From the UHGV virus genome UHGV-1384413: a DNA stretch of 64,000 bases. One strand, written 5' to 3'. This document shows, one piece after another, positions 16,551 to 26,843 of this stretch (the first letter of the stretch is position 1; every line of letters begins with the position of its first letter). Both the position numbers and the translations under genes were made by a program. Origin of the DNA: a virus. The notes beneath the pieces are model-generated. The model was given only the letters and a program-made list of their open reading frames with translations. It had not been told where the DNA came from and did not search any database.

Positions 16551-17672
16551 ACGCAATTCGAATGGGAGCAGATAGACTACCTGATGTCTCGTTTGCGATC
16601 TCAGTCAAAGTATCCATCAAGAATGGTTATCAGCTGTAACCCCGACTCAGAACACATGCTTGCCAAACTGGTTAGGTGGTGGTTGGACGATGAAGGGTAT
16701 CCAGATCCGGAGAAATGTGGTAAGAAAAGATATTTTATCCGACGCGACGGTGAATTTATTTGGGGAGACTCTAAAGAAGAGTTAATAGAGAAATACACCA
16801 CGGTTAACGGACTGGGTGTGGAGATCAAGCCAAGACCGTTGTCATTCTCGTTTATAGGCGCAACAATTTTCGATAATCCTGTCTGCTTGAGAGACAACCC
16901 AGAATACCTTGCTTTCCTTGAAGGTCTGCCAGAGCTTGAAAAAGCCCAGCTTCTTCATGGAAACTGGTTTGCCAAACCTGAGGGTGCAAACTATTTCCAA
17001 AGATCTTTCCTTCGGGATGCCGATAGAGTACCTCTTGGATCAGTATCTTGCAGGGCATGGGATAAGGCAGGAACCGAGAGAACTTCCGGTAATAAATTTC
17101 CTGACTTTACTGCCAGTGTTAAGGTAAGTAAAGATAGCGACGGCTTTTATTACCTGTCCGGGGATTATTGTCCTGAGAACGTGGATGACGGTAGGTATTC
17201 CACAGGTCTGGAAGGAAAGTTCTGTAAAAAGGCTGGGGAACGAGATGTGATCATCAGGAAACAGGCGCAGTTTGATGGAGATGATTGCATAATCGTATTT
17301 TCTGTGGACCCCGGTCAGGCAGGTAAGAGTGAGTTCTTAACCTCGTCCAGATCCTTGCTCGCCGAAGGGTTCAGGGTTGAAGAAGATCCAATGCCTTCCA
17401 ACAAATCTAAGCTGACAAGGTTCTCACCTTTTGCCAATCTTGCCCAACAAGGAATGGTGAGGATTGTAAAATCCAGTTTCCATCCTGACACTCTGGAAGC
17501 ATTTCTGACTGAACTTGAAAAGTTCAACGGGGAAAGATCAACATTTAACAGAAAAGACGACTGGGCCGACTGTGTAGCTTCTGCGATTAATTTCCTGGAG
17601 AAAGAGGAGGTAGCGCTGCCTTGTGTGATTCCATCAATCTCATCACCTTCTATGTTCAAGCGTTTTATCTAA
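16551..17672 (+). CDS. terminase large subunit, nuclease C-terminal part (exon 2; 5' boundary approximate)
   Basis: Frame open from 16548; TQFEWEQIDYLMSRLRS..VISCNPD continues the ATPase C-motif region, then a nuclease-domain-like region FSVDPGQAGKSEF. Confidence 0.6.
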   Translation, partial: TQFEWEQIDYLMSRLRSQSKYPSRMVISCNPDSEHMLAKLVRWWLDDEGYPDPEKCGKKRYFIRRDGEFIWGDSKEELIEKYTTVNGLGVEIKPRPLSFSFIGATIFDNPVCLRDNPEYLAFLEGLPELEKAQLLHGNWFAKPEGANYFQRSFLRDADRVPLGSVSCRAWDKAGTERTSGNKFPDFTASVKVSKDSDGFYYLSGDYCPENVDDGRYSTGLEGKFCKKAGERDVIIRKQAQFDGDDCIIVFSVDPGQAGKSEFLTSSRSLLAEGFRVEEDPMPSNKSKLTRFSPFANLAQQGMVRIVKSSFHPDTLEAFLTELEKFNGERSTFNRKDDWADCVASAINFLEKEEVALPCVIPSISSPSMFKRFI

Positions 17673-17774
17673 GTGTTGCCAATCTTAATTAGATGTGGTA
17701 GAATAGAGTAATCGGAGATACTGGCCCTCTGACACGAGGGCTATTTTGTTATACTGTTTTGAGGGGTAAAGCTT

Positions 17775-19331
17775 GTGTCCAAAAAGAACCGCAGGAAACA
17801 CAACGCCACAGCCAAAACTGTGAATAAATCTGGGAACGCAGGCGCACCAACTCATAATGTTCGTATGAGTGAGATCGGTTCTGGCGCACTTTCCCAAATT
17901 ATGGCAGAATCACAATCTATGATGGTTGAGGAATTGCGTTGGCCTCAACTGATTGCCACAGTGGAGACTATGAAATGTGATTCCACAGTTGCTACTGCCT
18001 TAGATACAAAATATGTTTTCATCACGAAAGCATTCAATGATTTTAAGATCCTTTATAATGTTAAAAGTGAAGACTCTAAGAAAGCCGCCGAGCTTATAGA
18101 GTATTCTTTGCGTAATTTGGCAAACCAACAAACTCTTCGAGATATTGCAAGAAGCGCAGCTACCTTTAACGAGTATGGTTTTTCACTGTTTGAGAAAGTA
18201 TACCGCAGAGAGAAAGAAGGTAAATACGCCGGGATGCTTCTTATTGATAAGATTGCGTTCCGACCACAGGCCAGTTTGTCCAGATCAGAGCCGTTTGTCT
18301 TTGACAAGAATAGTAGAACACTGACAGGTATTTATCAATCACCTAATGCATTTCTAAACACGCAGAATGCACGCTGGGCTGGTCCTCTCGCTGCAATGCC
18401 TTCAAAAGGCTTTAATGAGCCTGAAATTTTCATCCCTGCTAAAAAGCTTATGCTCATGACTCTGTCAGGAACAGAATCTAACCCTGCAGGTGTGTCACCG
18501 ATGATAGGTTGCTACAGATCTTTCCGTGAGAAAGTTTTGATTGAAAACCTTGAGGTTGTTGGCTGTTCCAAAGACCTTGGTGGTGTTCTTGAGCTGAAAA
18601 TTCCTTCCAATATTTTGAACAAGGCCAGTATTGACCCGAATTCAATGGAAGGGAGAATGGTTGCAGATCTTATGCTTGACGCAGCAAACGCCCATAGTGG
18701 GGAGCAAAGTTTCTTTATACTTCCGTCTGATAGAGATAAGTCTGGTAAAGAGCTTTACTCCATGACCCTGAAGGGGGTTGATGGTATGGGTAAGCAGTAT
18801 TCCACTAAAGATTTGATTGATGCCCGTAAGAAGGCGATTCTTGACCGTTTCGGTGCTGGCTTTATTAACCTTGGTAACGATAACGTTGGATCCTTCTCTC
18901 TGTCTGAGTCAAAACAATCTATTCATGGTCATTTTGTTCAGCGTGATATAGATATTATCACTGAGGCCTTCAATAAAGATCTTATTCCACAGCTTCTGGC
19001 ATTGAATGGTATCATCCTTGAAGATGATGATATGCCTAAACTGAAACCTGGTCTGATTGAAGAAGTGGACATGGAGAGCTTCTCCAAGTTTGTCCAGAGG
19101 ATCGGTGCTGTAGGTTACTTGCCAAAAACTCCTGCAGTAATTAATAAGATTCTTGAAGTAGGTGGGTTTGATGAAAGATTTGACGAGGACATGGATCAGG
19201 AAGAGCTAATGAAGCTCTTGGGCCAGGACATCAGCAGGGCTGGCGATGGAATGGCTGCAGGATCCACTGGCAACGGCACTTCTAAGATGTCATCAACCAG
19301 AGATAATTCCATATCCAACATGGAAAATTAA
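17775..19331 (+). CDS. portal protein (putative; GTG start)
   Basis: 518 aa directly after terminase and before scaffold and capsid; acidic C-terminus; call is by position and size. Confidence 0.5.
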   Translation: MSKKNRRKHNATAKTVNKSGNAGAPTHNVRMSEIGSGALSQIMAESQSMMVEELRWPQLIATVETMKCDSTVATALDTKYVFITKAFNDFKILYNVKSEDSKKAAELIEYSLRNLANQQTLRDIARSAATFNEYGFSLFEKVYRREKEGKYAGMLLIDKIAFRPQASLSRSEPFVFDKNSRTLTGIYQSPNAFLNTQNARWAGPLAAMPSKGFNEPEIFIPAKKLMLMTLSGTESNPAGVSPMIGCYRSFREKVLIENLEVVGCSKDLGGVLELKIPSNILNKASIDPNSMEGRMVADLMLDAANAHSGEQSFFILPSDRDKSGKELYSMTLKGVDGMGKQYSTKDLIDARKKAILDRFGAGFINLGNDNVGSFSLSESKQSIHGHFVQRDIDIITEAFNKDLIPQLLALNGIILEDDDMPKLKPGLIEEVDMESFSKFVQRIGAVGYLPKTPAVINKILEVGGFDERFDEDMDQEELMKLLGQDISRAGDGMAAGSTGNGTSKMSSTRDNSISNMEN

Positions 19332-19398
19332 AAATTATCAACACAGGGGGTTGCAAAACCTCCTTTGGCGTGATAAAATAATCCACATGGGGAATAAG

Positions 19399-19818
19399 AT
19401 GCCACAGGAAGAAATGATTTCCTACGAAATCATCTACGAACCGGACACTAAAGACGCTCACGGTGAGTGGATGAGTAAAGACACCATCAAAAAGGCTAAA
19501 GATAATTGGGACGCAGCATACGCCGCAGGCCTAGTTTCTGAAAACCTTTTCCACTTGACCTCTACAGATGCTTTCACTATTGAAAAGACGTGGATTCAAG
19601 AAGAGTTTGATGTTGTAGTAATTGGCACTGAGCAGGTCATCAAGGCTGGCTCTTGGGTTGCTAAAGTTAAATACAATAATCCTGAATTATGGGAAGCTAA
19701 GAAGGCTGGCATTGTTGGTGGCCTAAGCATTCAGGCAACAGGTAATGTTGATGAAGAAACTGGTGAAATTACCAACGTAAACTTCGGGATCAGTGTTGTA
19801 GAAGAGGGCAATGAATAA
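19399..19818 (+). CDS. head morphogenesis protein (in the position of a prohead protease)
   Basis: 139 aa from ATG 19399 (RBS gggga); track start 19246 overlaps the portal gene and is rejected. Confidence 0.3.
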   Translation: MPQEEMISYEIIYEPDTKDAHGEWMSKDTIKKAKDNWDAAYAAGLVSENLFHLTSTDAFTIEKTWIQEEFDVVVIGTEQVIKAGSWVAKVKYNNPELWEAKKAGIVGGLSIQATGNVDEETGEITNVNFGISVVEEGNE

Positions 19819-20795
19819 TGTCTGAAAAAACGATTACTATTAAAGAGAAGGGGATTGCCCTGTGCCATAAGGCGCAAGGCTATAGCGCTAACAACAGACC
19901 TGTATCTCTTTTGATGAAGAGTGATCTTCAGCCTGAGCAGTTGACAGACGATATTGTTAAGGCACTTCGCCAAGTTACTGTGGAGCTGAGTTTTGAAGAA
20001 TACCTGCGTCGTTTCTTCGATATGTGGTATGATGATGCCAAAGCACTTGCACACATGCTTGGTTTTGAGATTGAAGAGGAAGCTTGGGCTAAAGAGCATC
20101 CTGATTGGGAATGGGCACAAGCTGACGCAGAGTCTTGCATTGCATGGCTGGAAGAGCGTTGTGATAACGTGACCATTCATAAAGCTGCAAAAGAAGGCAA
20201 GCAGCTTAGTGTGGTAGATCAGTACAGTCTGTTAAAAACACAACAGATTTTTGAACAAGTAACCGCTGATCTCTTCGATAAAGAAGGGAACCTGATCAAG
20301 GCGGTACAGGAACCTACTGAGGTGGATAAAACTACCGAGGTGGATGATGTTGCAAAATCCGCAAATACCGAGGAGAATCCGGTGGACGTAACCAAAACTA
20401 AAGAGTATCTGGATCTGCTGAAGCAAGTAGAAGAGCTGAAAGCAACCCAGAGTAAAGCTGAAGAAATCATCAAGGCCCAGGTTGAAGTTGAAAAAGCTAA
20501 AATGCTGGCTAAAGCTCAAGCTTTAAGCTTTGTTGGTGAAGAAGATCATGCAACCCTGGTTGACTTCATGCTGGAAAAAGCTAACGAACCTATCGTAGCT
20601 ATGCTGGAGAAAGCTCAAGCCAAAATTAAAGAGCTGGAAGCAGAGGTGCATAAAACCAAAGAAGAGTTTGCCACCACTGAACATGGTAATGATGGCGAAC
20701 CTGTTGTGGATGATATTGCAAAATCCGCAGAAGAAATTCTTGCTGAAAACGTTGCAAAAGCACTTGCTCGTGCACGTGCAGAATCTACCAAATAA
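19818..20795 (+). CDS. scaffolding protein
   Basis: 325 aa, acidic, helical/coiled-coil character (AKALARARAESTK); located between portal and capsid genes. Confidence 0.5.
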   Translation: MSEKTITIKEKGIALCHKAQGYSANNRPVSLLMKSDLQPEQLTDDIVKALRQVTVELSFEEYLRRFFDMWYDDAKALAHMLGFEIEEEAWAKEHPDWEWAQADAESCIAWLEERCDNVTIHKAAKEGKQLSVVDQYSLLKTQQIFEQVTADLFDKEGNLIKAVQEPTEVDKTTEVDDVAKSANTEENPVDVTKTKEYLDLLKQVEELKATQSKAEEIIKAQVEVEKAKMLAKAQALSFVGEEDHATLVDFMLEKANEPIVAMLEKAQAKIKELEAEVHKTKEEFATTEHGNDGEPVVDDIAKSAEEILAENVAKALARARAESTK

Positions 20796-20815
20796 GACAT
20801 TAACGGGGGAAATAA

Positions 20816-21202
20816 ATGATTACCGCTCAATATTCTGATATCGTGCTCGGCAAAGTTGATTCTAGCGATGCTGGCTACAATTTTAAAGAAATCAAGGTAA
20901 CACTGACAGAGCATCACCACGCTGGTACTGTTGTAACAAAAACTGGGACCATCGCTAACGCAGACGGTTCTGATGTGTACGGCGTTCTTGTTGACCGTGC
21001 TCTTGTCAAAGATGCTGGTACGGTTCATCTTGCAAAACCGTTAGAAGTTGGTCAATCCTATAACCTGGTTGTTGCCGTTCACGGTGTTACCTTTGCAAAA
21101 GACATGCTGTTAGGTGCAGATGGAGCTAAAGCAGACCAAAGAATTCTGGATAAGTTGGAAGCTTTAGGTAACAAAGTTCACGTCCAAACTGTTGGTGAAT
21201 AA
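20816..21202 (+). CDS. head decoration protein candidate
   Basis: 128 aa immediately upstream of the major capsid gene, as in lambda D-E order; no motif. Confidence 0.3.
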   Translation: MITAQYSDIVLGKVDSSDAGYNFKEIKVTLTEHHHAGTVVTKTGTIANADGSDVYGVLVDRALVKDAGTVHLAKPLEVGQSYNLVVAVHGVTFAKDMLLGADGAKADQRILDKLEALGNKVHVQTVGE

Positions 21203-21252
21203 TAAGCCCTAAATTGTTCGGGAAATATTTAAGTTTTACTTTGGAGAAATAA

Positions 21253-22263
21253 ATGATTACTCGTAAAGATGAATTTGGCATTGTCGATTTAGGTGCTACT
21301 CTGGACCTTGTTCCGCGCCAATTCCGACTGATTACCGGTATGGATCTGTTCGAAACCCGTCTCGGCACCTCAACAATTGCTCAGATCGAGCGTGTTGATG
21401 AAGTTGTAACCGACATTCCGGCACGCCGTCGTGGTGGTGAGCGTAACTATGTTGGTAGTGAACGTGCTCAGGTTAAAAACCTGAACATCCCGTTCTTCCC
21501 TCTGGACAAAGGCATCACTGCTGCAGATGTTCAGAACTTCCGTCGTTACTTCACCCCTGATGCTCCGAAAACTGTTCAGGATGTAGTAACCCGCGTTGTT
21601 CGCCGTATCCGTGTTTCTCATGAAGCACTGCGTGAGAAAGCGCTGTTCCAGGCTATTCTGGGTAAATCCTATGCGCCTGGTGACGCTACCTGCCAGTATG
21701 ATTACTACACTCTGTGGGGTGTGTCTCAGAAGTCTGTTGAGATCGACCCTGCAAAAGCAGATCAGGATCCTATGGAGGTTCTGGAAGAAGCTCGTCTGCA
21801 CATCGCACTGCAAGCTGGTGATAACGCAGCTGGCTATCGTATTGTAGCTCTGTGCTCACCAGAGTTCTTCAGTGCTATTACCCATCACCCGCTGGTAGAA
21901 CTGGCATACACCTATTACGGCTCTGCTCAGGAACCTCTGCGTCGCCGTCTGGGTGCTGGCGGTCAAGACAGCGTATACCGTGTGTTTGAGCATAAAGGTA
22001 TCACCTTTATCGAAGATATCTCTGGCAATATTCCTAAGAAAGAAGCTCGCATTCTGCCGATGGGTATTGATCAGATGTTCCAGCTGCACTTTGCTCCGGC
22101 AGACGATGTTAACGAAGCAAACACTCCAGCACAGGAACTGTACATGTGGTATAAACACTCTGCATACCTGCGTGAAGAGAAGATTGAATCTGAAACTTCT
22201 ATGCTGGCAGTTAACACCCGCCCAGAGCTGGTTGTTAAAGCAACTCTGAAAAACGGTGACTAA
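21253..22263 (+). CDS. major capsid protein
   Basis: 336 aa; strongly biased codon choice typical of a highly expressed gene; strong terminator follows; position after scaffold. Confidence 0.65.
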   Translation: MITRKDEFGIVDLGATLDLVPRQFRLITGMDLFETRLGTSTIAQIERVDEVVTDIPARRRGGERNYVGSERAQVKNLNIPFFPLDKGITAADVQNFRRYFTPDAPKTVQDVVTRVVRRIRVSHEALREKALFQAILGKSYAPGDATCQYDYYTLWGVSQKSVEIDPAKADQDPMEVLEEARLHIALQAGDNAAGYRIVALCSPEFFSAITHHPLVELAYTYYGSAQEPLRRRLGAGGQDSVYRVFEHKGITFIEDISGNIPKKEARILPMGIDQMFQLHFAPADDVNEANTPAQELYMWYKHSAYLREEKIESETSMLAVNTRPELVVKATLKNGD

Positions 22264-22286
22264 TCACTAAGGTGATTCATCCCATA

Positions 22287-22318
22287 TGGGGAGGGGGTTC
22301 TCCCCCTCCCCTTTTTTA
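22287..22318 (+). terminator. rho-independent terminator
   Basis: ggggaggggg-ttct-ccccctcccc followed by TTTTTT. Confidence 0.8.
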
Positions 22319-22345
22319 TTTATTAGGGTTTAACAGGAGTGTCCC

Positions 22346-23200
22346 GTGAAGAGAGCCGTATATCCAGTTGAGTATGATCCTCTATTAAGAGTTTTCAACA
22401 ATCAGTTAAGTTTCTATCAATTTTTAGCACAATATAACCCAGAAATCAATGTTGGTTTATCAGCCTTGCTGCCACCAACAGAATTCGTTATTGGCAGTGT
22501 TCACTATCCATGTAGAACTATTGTAGACTTCTTCGAGAAGATTGCAAAACATACAGGCCTGCCAATTGATACTGGTATTTCAACCATCCGTATGGGTGTT
22601 ATTCTTCTGTTCTTCACAGAGAACCTTGATGAAAGCACTTTAACACTGCAAAGCGGTGATGTCAATATCACACTCACCCCGTCAGTGTTTAAAGAGGTAG
22701 ATGCCGCTTTCAAAGTTTCAGTGGCAGAAGGTCATCTGTGGGACCCTGAAGGGATGCCCAAAAAAGTGACCATAAACGATGAGCAATGCGATGTTGCTTA
22801 TGCAGAAGATACCCAAACTTTCACCATTGAGTGGCCTAAGAAACGTTCTCAGGTTGTAAATCTTGGGCTGACTTCTACAGTAGCCCCAGAACCTGAACCA
22901 GAGCCGGAGCCACCTGTAGGCCCTACTGAACCTGGTGGTGGCAGTGAGGAATCACCAGGTCCGACCGCACCGGATGGTACGGAAGGTACTGAGCAGGATC
23001 CTGAACAGGCACAAGAATCAAGATCTTCTCACGGCGATGTTGATGCCATACTGCACCAAGCCGCAGCTCTTAACAACGAAGAGGACAAGAGTGGTTCAAA
23101 AGATGCACTCCAAACCTTCGCTAAAGAGTACGGTGTTACCTTAAGTAAGGCAAAAACTTTCCAAAATATGATGAAAGATTTTGAGGCTGCACTGGCATAA
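22346..23200 (+). CDS. structural protein with Pro/Glu-rich linker
   Basis: 284 aa from GTG 22346 (RBS aggag); PEPEPEPEPP linker and acidic C-terminal region. Confidence 0.35.
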   Translation: MKRAVYPVEYDPLLRVFNNQLSFYQFLAQYNPEINVGLSALLPPTEFVIGSVHYPCRTIVDFFEKIAKHTGLPIDTGISTIRMGVILLFFTENLDESTLTLQSGDVNITLTPSVFKEVDAAFKVSVAEGHLWDPEGMPKKVTINDEQCDVAYAEDTQTFTIEWPKKRSQVVNLGLTSTVAPEPEPEPEPPVGPTEPGGGSEESPGPTAPDGTEGTEQDPEQAQESRSSHGDVDAILHQAAALNNEEDKSGSKDALQTFAKEYGVTLSKAKTFQNMMKDFEAALA

Positions 23201-23208
23201 TTTTGTTA

Positions 23209-23245
23209 AGGCCCCTTCCAAATCAGGAATGGGGCTTTATTTTTA
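23209..23245 (+). terminator. hairpin terminator
   Basis: ggcccc..ggggc stem then TTTATTTTT. Confidence 0.4.
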
Positions 23246-23259
23246 CGAGGTATTTTCAA

Positions 23260-23880
23260 ATGGCATGGTATGAAGATGAAGAGATTATCCCGTCACCGCC
23301 TAACCATGATGGTGTAGTCGATACCCCAGAAGAACCACCAAAAGAAGATCCTGTGCCTCCGGAACCTGATCCAGACCAACCTCTTATTGATATTATGAGG
23401 TTATTGCTTGGCAATGTTGACGAGGAAACACTCCCTGATGAGGTAATTAAAACATTCCTTGACATGGAGAAGCTGAAACTAAATTATCCGGCAGACCCTG
23501 ATAAGCTACCCCTGCTTAAGTACAATGTGCTTGTGCAGCTTGTGCGGTGGCTGATGATGCAGGAAGTTTCCAGCGGTAATGCAAGTATAACTTCTCGTCT
23601 GGAAAAAATAGGTGATGAGACCATAGAGATTCGTGGTGGATCTTCCTACGCTCAGTGGAAAGATTTTCTTGATTGGCTGCTGGCACACCCAGATTATGTA
23701 GACTCTGAGCTAGATGCTTATAGCAGAATGATTATCATTGGTGGTGTTCGTGTAGACGAAGGAATTCGGGTTAAATTTAATGAAAACAGTAACGGCCCGT
23801 TCGATGTTCAGGGGATTACACCTATTAGTGGTCTAAATAATCAACCTCCTCGCCACCCAAGACGCAAACGCAGTTTTTAA
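23260..23880 (+). CDS. head-tail joining protein (putative)
   Basis: 206 aa from ATG 23260; track start 23203 overlaps the terminator. Confidence 0.35.
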   Translation: MAWYEDEEIIPSPPNHDGVVDTPEEPPKEDPVPPEPDPDQPLIDIMRLLLGNVDEETLPDEVIKTFLDMEKLKLNYPADPDKLPLLKYNVLVQLVRWLMMQEVSSGNASITSRLEKIGDETIEIRGGSSYAQWKDFLDWLLAHPDYVDSELDAYSRMIIIGGVRVDEGIRVKFNENSNGPFDVQGITPISGLNNQPPRHPRRKRSF

Positions 23881-23906
23881 AAATTGTTGCTTTTGATGTA
23901 TCTTTG

Positions 23907-23916
23907 TGGTAAAATA
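23907..23916 (+). promoter_or_regulatory. extended -10 promoter element TGGTAAAATA
   Basis: Identical 10-mer recurs at 27428, 41570 and 47388 in front of structural operons. Confidence 0.45.
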
Positions 23917-23933
23917 CATTAGTGAGGAATATA

Positions 23934-24392
23934 ATGCTAAAGGTTAAATGTCAAACAAGGTTCAACCTAAAGCGTTTAGATCGCTTTTATAAAGACCTTG
24001 TGAAACTTGAAAGCAAAACAATAACCTACGGCTTTTATGATGAACCTCACCCGTCAGGCTTAAATATGGCAACATTGGCAGCTATTCACAACTTCGGTTG
24101 GAACGGGCTGCCTGTTCGCAATTTCATGGAGACGGCCTTTGCATTTCACAGCACGCAACTACAGACCTTGACAGAAAAATTGTTGAGAGCTATGGCTAGA
24201 GGATCAAGTGCAGAGGCTGTTCTTAGGCAGATGGGGGACACAGGGGCCAAAGCTATCCAGTTTGTTATTGAGGCTGGTCAGTTTAGTAACCCTACTGTTA
24301 GTGAGCAGTGGGCACAAGAGAAGGGCTTCAACGAGGCTATGCGGCATTACGATGTGCTGCTTGAATCTGCAACCTTTAAAATTGGACAGTAA
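23934..24392 (+). CDS. head-tail connector or tail completion protein (putative)
   Basis: 152 aa from ATG 23934 with RBS gaggaa. Confidence 0.35.
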   Translation: MLKVKCQTRFNLKRLDRFYKDLVKLESKTITYGFYDEPHPSGLNMATLAAIHNFGWNGLPVRNFMETAFAFHSTQLQTLTEKLLRAMARGSSAEAVLRQMGDTGAKAIQFVIEAGQFSNPTVSEQWAQEKGFNEAMRHYDVLLESATFKIGQ

Positions 24393-24407
24393 AAATAAGG
24401 GGGTTGA

Positions 24408-24833
24408 GTGGCAGCAGGTTATAAGCTGATAGGAAAGAACAGGCTAATACCTCGTAAAACATTCAAAGGTCGCCACAGAGTGTATAACAAAACAGTTGGT
24501 GGTCCTTTTGCTAACGAGGGGTTAGAACTTGAGTATGAAGAGTTTGATGTCTTAGAGTGTGTTGTGCAGCCGTTGACAGGAAGGGCAGCTAAAGATTACT
24601 CCTCTCAAATAAATCCTGAGGGTGACAGACAGTACGAGGCTTTTACAGTTTACTCCTCAACCAAGTTGTATAGTCCAGACGAAGGAACATATGCAATGGC
24701 TGATCAAATTCAACTGCCTGACATCCGTGGTGACCTGAAGTGGTTTACCGTTTTAAAATGTGATGCTTATGTCACGTCTGGTGGTGGAAGATATAGATTT
24801 TTTGTGGTAGAAGAGCCTGAAGGAGAAAACTGA
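24408..24833 (+). CDS. structural protein
   Basis: 141 aa; GTG start with RBS aagggggttgag. Confidence 0.35.
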   Translation: MAAGYKLIGKNRLIPRKTFKGRHRVYNKTVGGPFANEGLELEYEEFDVLECVVQPLTGRAAKDYSSQINPEGDRQYEAFTVYSSTKLYSPDEGTYAMADQIQLPDIRGDLKWFTVLKCDAYVTSGGGRYRFFVVEEPEGEN

Positions 24834-25384
24834 TGGAAGCTTTCGAAAAAGTTTTTTCTGATCTTGAAACAACCATCGCTAAGCTTGTCAAGGTTGCCAC
24901 AGGAAGAACTGTAGTTCTGGCAGAAAGCTCTACCATACCGAAGCCGGAAGGTGAGTTTGTACTTTTGCAAACCCTGGCGATCAATCCCACCACTTGGGAA
25001 GATAATGAGTTTCAAGATGCGGAGGGTAATGCTTACGTCACCCACAGTTACACTGTTACTTATCTGTTAACAGCTTATCGCGGCAGGGCATATGCTGCAC
25101 TTAGCAGAGTATTGCAAGCAATAAACCTTCCAATGTTTTATGACAAGTATTTCCCTCTGGGATCGTGCTTTGCCTACTCTAACAATTCAACAATCTCACC
25201 TCAAAGAGTACCGTTGAATAAGCAGACGTATGAAAATAGAGCCACGGTAATGCTGACATTTAACGTAAGGTTTGTTGAGACAGACATTGGGGCTTTTGAG
25301 GATCTTCAGGGAATTAAGGCTGAAATAACCACACACTTCCCTTCACCCAATTCTGATAAATCGGTTACAGACAGTGGTCAGTAA
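24833..25384 (+). CDS. structural protein
   Basis: 183 aa; start overlaps the previous stop. Confidence 0.35.
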   Translation: MEAFEKVFSDLETTIAKLVKVATGRTVVLAESSTIPKPEGEFVLLQTLAINPTTWEDNEFQDAEGNAYVTHSYTVTYLLTAYRGRAYAALSRVLQAINLPMFYDKYFPLGSCFAYSNNSTISPQRVPLNKQTYENRATVMLTFNVRFVETDIGAFEDLQGIKAEITTHFPSPNSDKSVTDSGQ

Positions 25385-25456
25385 TCGTTATAATTGTGTA
25401 GTGTAATGATTACACTGCGTGTTTGATATCCGTGCACAGATATTAAGAGGAAACAA

Positions 25457-26833
25457 ATGCCATATTTAGATAAAGTGGTAGATGTTACAGTTAACCTCGG
25501 AACCCAACCTATTGACACTGTAGGTTTCGAAACTCCCCTGTTCATCGCTATCCACAACAACTTTACTGAGCGAGCTCGCGTATATGCGGAGCTGGATCAG
25601 ATGGTGGAAGATGGTTTCGCACAAGGCTCTGCAGCGTATGAGTTTGCAGCAAAAGCTTTTGGTGGTGTATTCCCTCCACAATATGTTATGATCGGCAGAC
25701 AGGCCAAAGAAAAAACCACTGTAGATTTTAAAGGTATTGCTGCCGCAGCTGATACCGATGTCGTAATGACCATTGCAAAAGGTGGCTACAATACTTCTTT
25801 GATAGTCCCTATCTCTGGTGGAACAGGTGCAACTCAGATTGCAGAGTCTATGAAGACTAAGATCGAAGAAGATGATAGCTTGGATGGTATCTCTGTAGAA
25901 GCTGCCGATGGTGTTATCACCATCACTGGTGACTGTACTGTTGGTTATCATACTGGTAACTATACAATCAAAAATATCGCCAATTCTGAAAAACCTTCTA
26001 CAGTAGTTGATAAGATCAATGCTGAGCGGGACAATTGGTACTTCCTGTGCCATGAAGACCACACCGACATTGAGGCATGTGCTAAGTGGGCTCAGGCCAA
26101 CTACAAGCTGCACGTCTACTCTACTGCAGAAGATGTGACTGGCAAAGATAGTAACATCGCTACCAAACTGAAAGCTGCACAATATGACAGTGTTGGCATG
26201 TACGATCCTCGCGCAGATAAGGACTTCCCGGAGGGTGGTATCATAGGTGCTATGGCATCCAACGATCCGTCCTACGGTGACAGCTTGCACTTAAAACAGA
26301 TGCCAGGTGTGATTGCACCATCTCTGACTTTAACTCAGCGTATGGCGATTTGGGAAAACCACGTTAACTTCTACAGAATGATTAACGGTGTTGGAGCTTT
26401 CTGGGAAGGTAAGTGTGCTTCAGGTCAATATGCAGACGCTATTCGTTTTGCACACTGGATCAAGTTCAGATCTGAAGAATCCATGTTTGGGTACATGCAT
26501 CGCCGCTCCAATATGGGTTTAAGCATGAAGATGTCTGATGATGATCTTCCGGTTATCAAGTCTGTTCTGATGAACAACCCGATCAATACTGGCATTAAGA
26601 ATGGCGCGATCCTGACAGGTTTTGACGAAGACAACAATGTGTTCTACGACCCGATCATTACAGTTCCTAAACGTGCAGAGATCCCAACCAATCAGTTGGC
26701 TGCTCGTGTTCTGGAAGGTGTGAAAGTAGAACTGGTGTATAACAACGCCCTGCACTTCGTTCGTATCCGGATCAACGTCCTCCTGGACAAAGTTGGTTCT
26801 AAATCCACCAATGCTGTTGCAATGACTGAATAA
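25457..26833 (+). CDS. tail sheath protein (alternatively a major tail protein)
   Basis: 458 aa followed by a 157-aa tube-sized gene, chaperones and tape measure; C-terminal region resembles sheath proteins; gp25-like and V-like baseplate genes downstream support a contractile tail. Confidence 0.45.
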   Translation: MPYLDKVVDVTVNLGTQPIDTVGFETPLFIAIHNNFTERARVYAELDQMVEDGFAQGSAAYEFAAKAFGGVFPPQYVMIGRQAKEKTTVDFKGIAAAADTDVVMTIAKGGYNTSLIVPISGGTGATQIAESMKTKIEEDDSLDGISVEAADGVITITGDCTVGYHTGNYTIKNIANSEKPSTVVDKINAERDNWYFLCHEDHTDIEACAKWAQANYKLHVYSTAEDVTGKDSNIATKLKAAQYDSVGMYDPRADKDFPEGGIIGAMASNDPSYGDSLHLKQMPGVIAPSLTLTQRMAIWENHVNFYRMINGVGAFWEGKCASGQYADAIRFAHWIKFRSEESMFGYMHRRSNMGLSMKMSDDDLPVIKSVLMNNPINTGIKNGAILTGFDEDNNVFYDPIITVPKRAEIPTNQLAARVLEGVKVELVYNNALHFVRIRINVLLDKVGSKSTNAVAMTE

Positions 26834-26843
26834 GGAAGACTAG

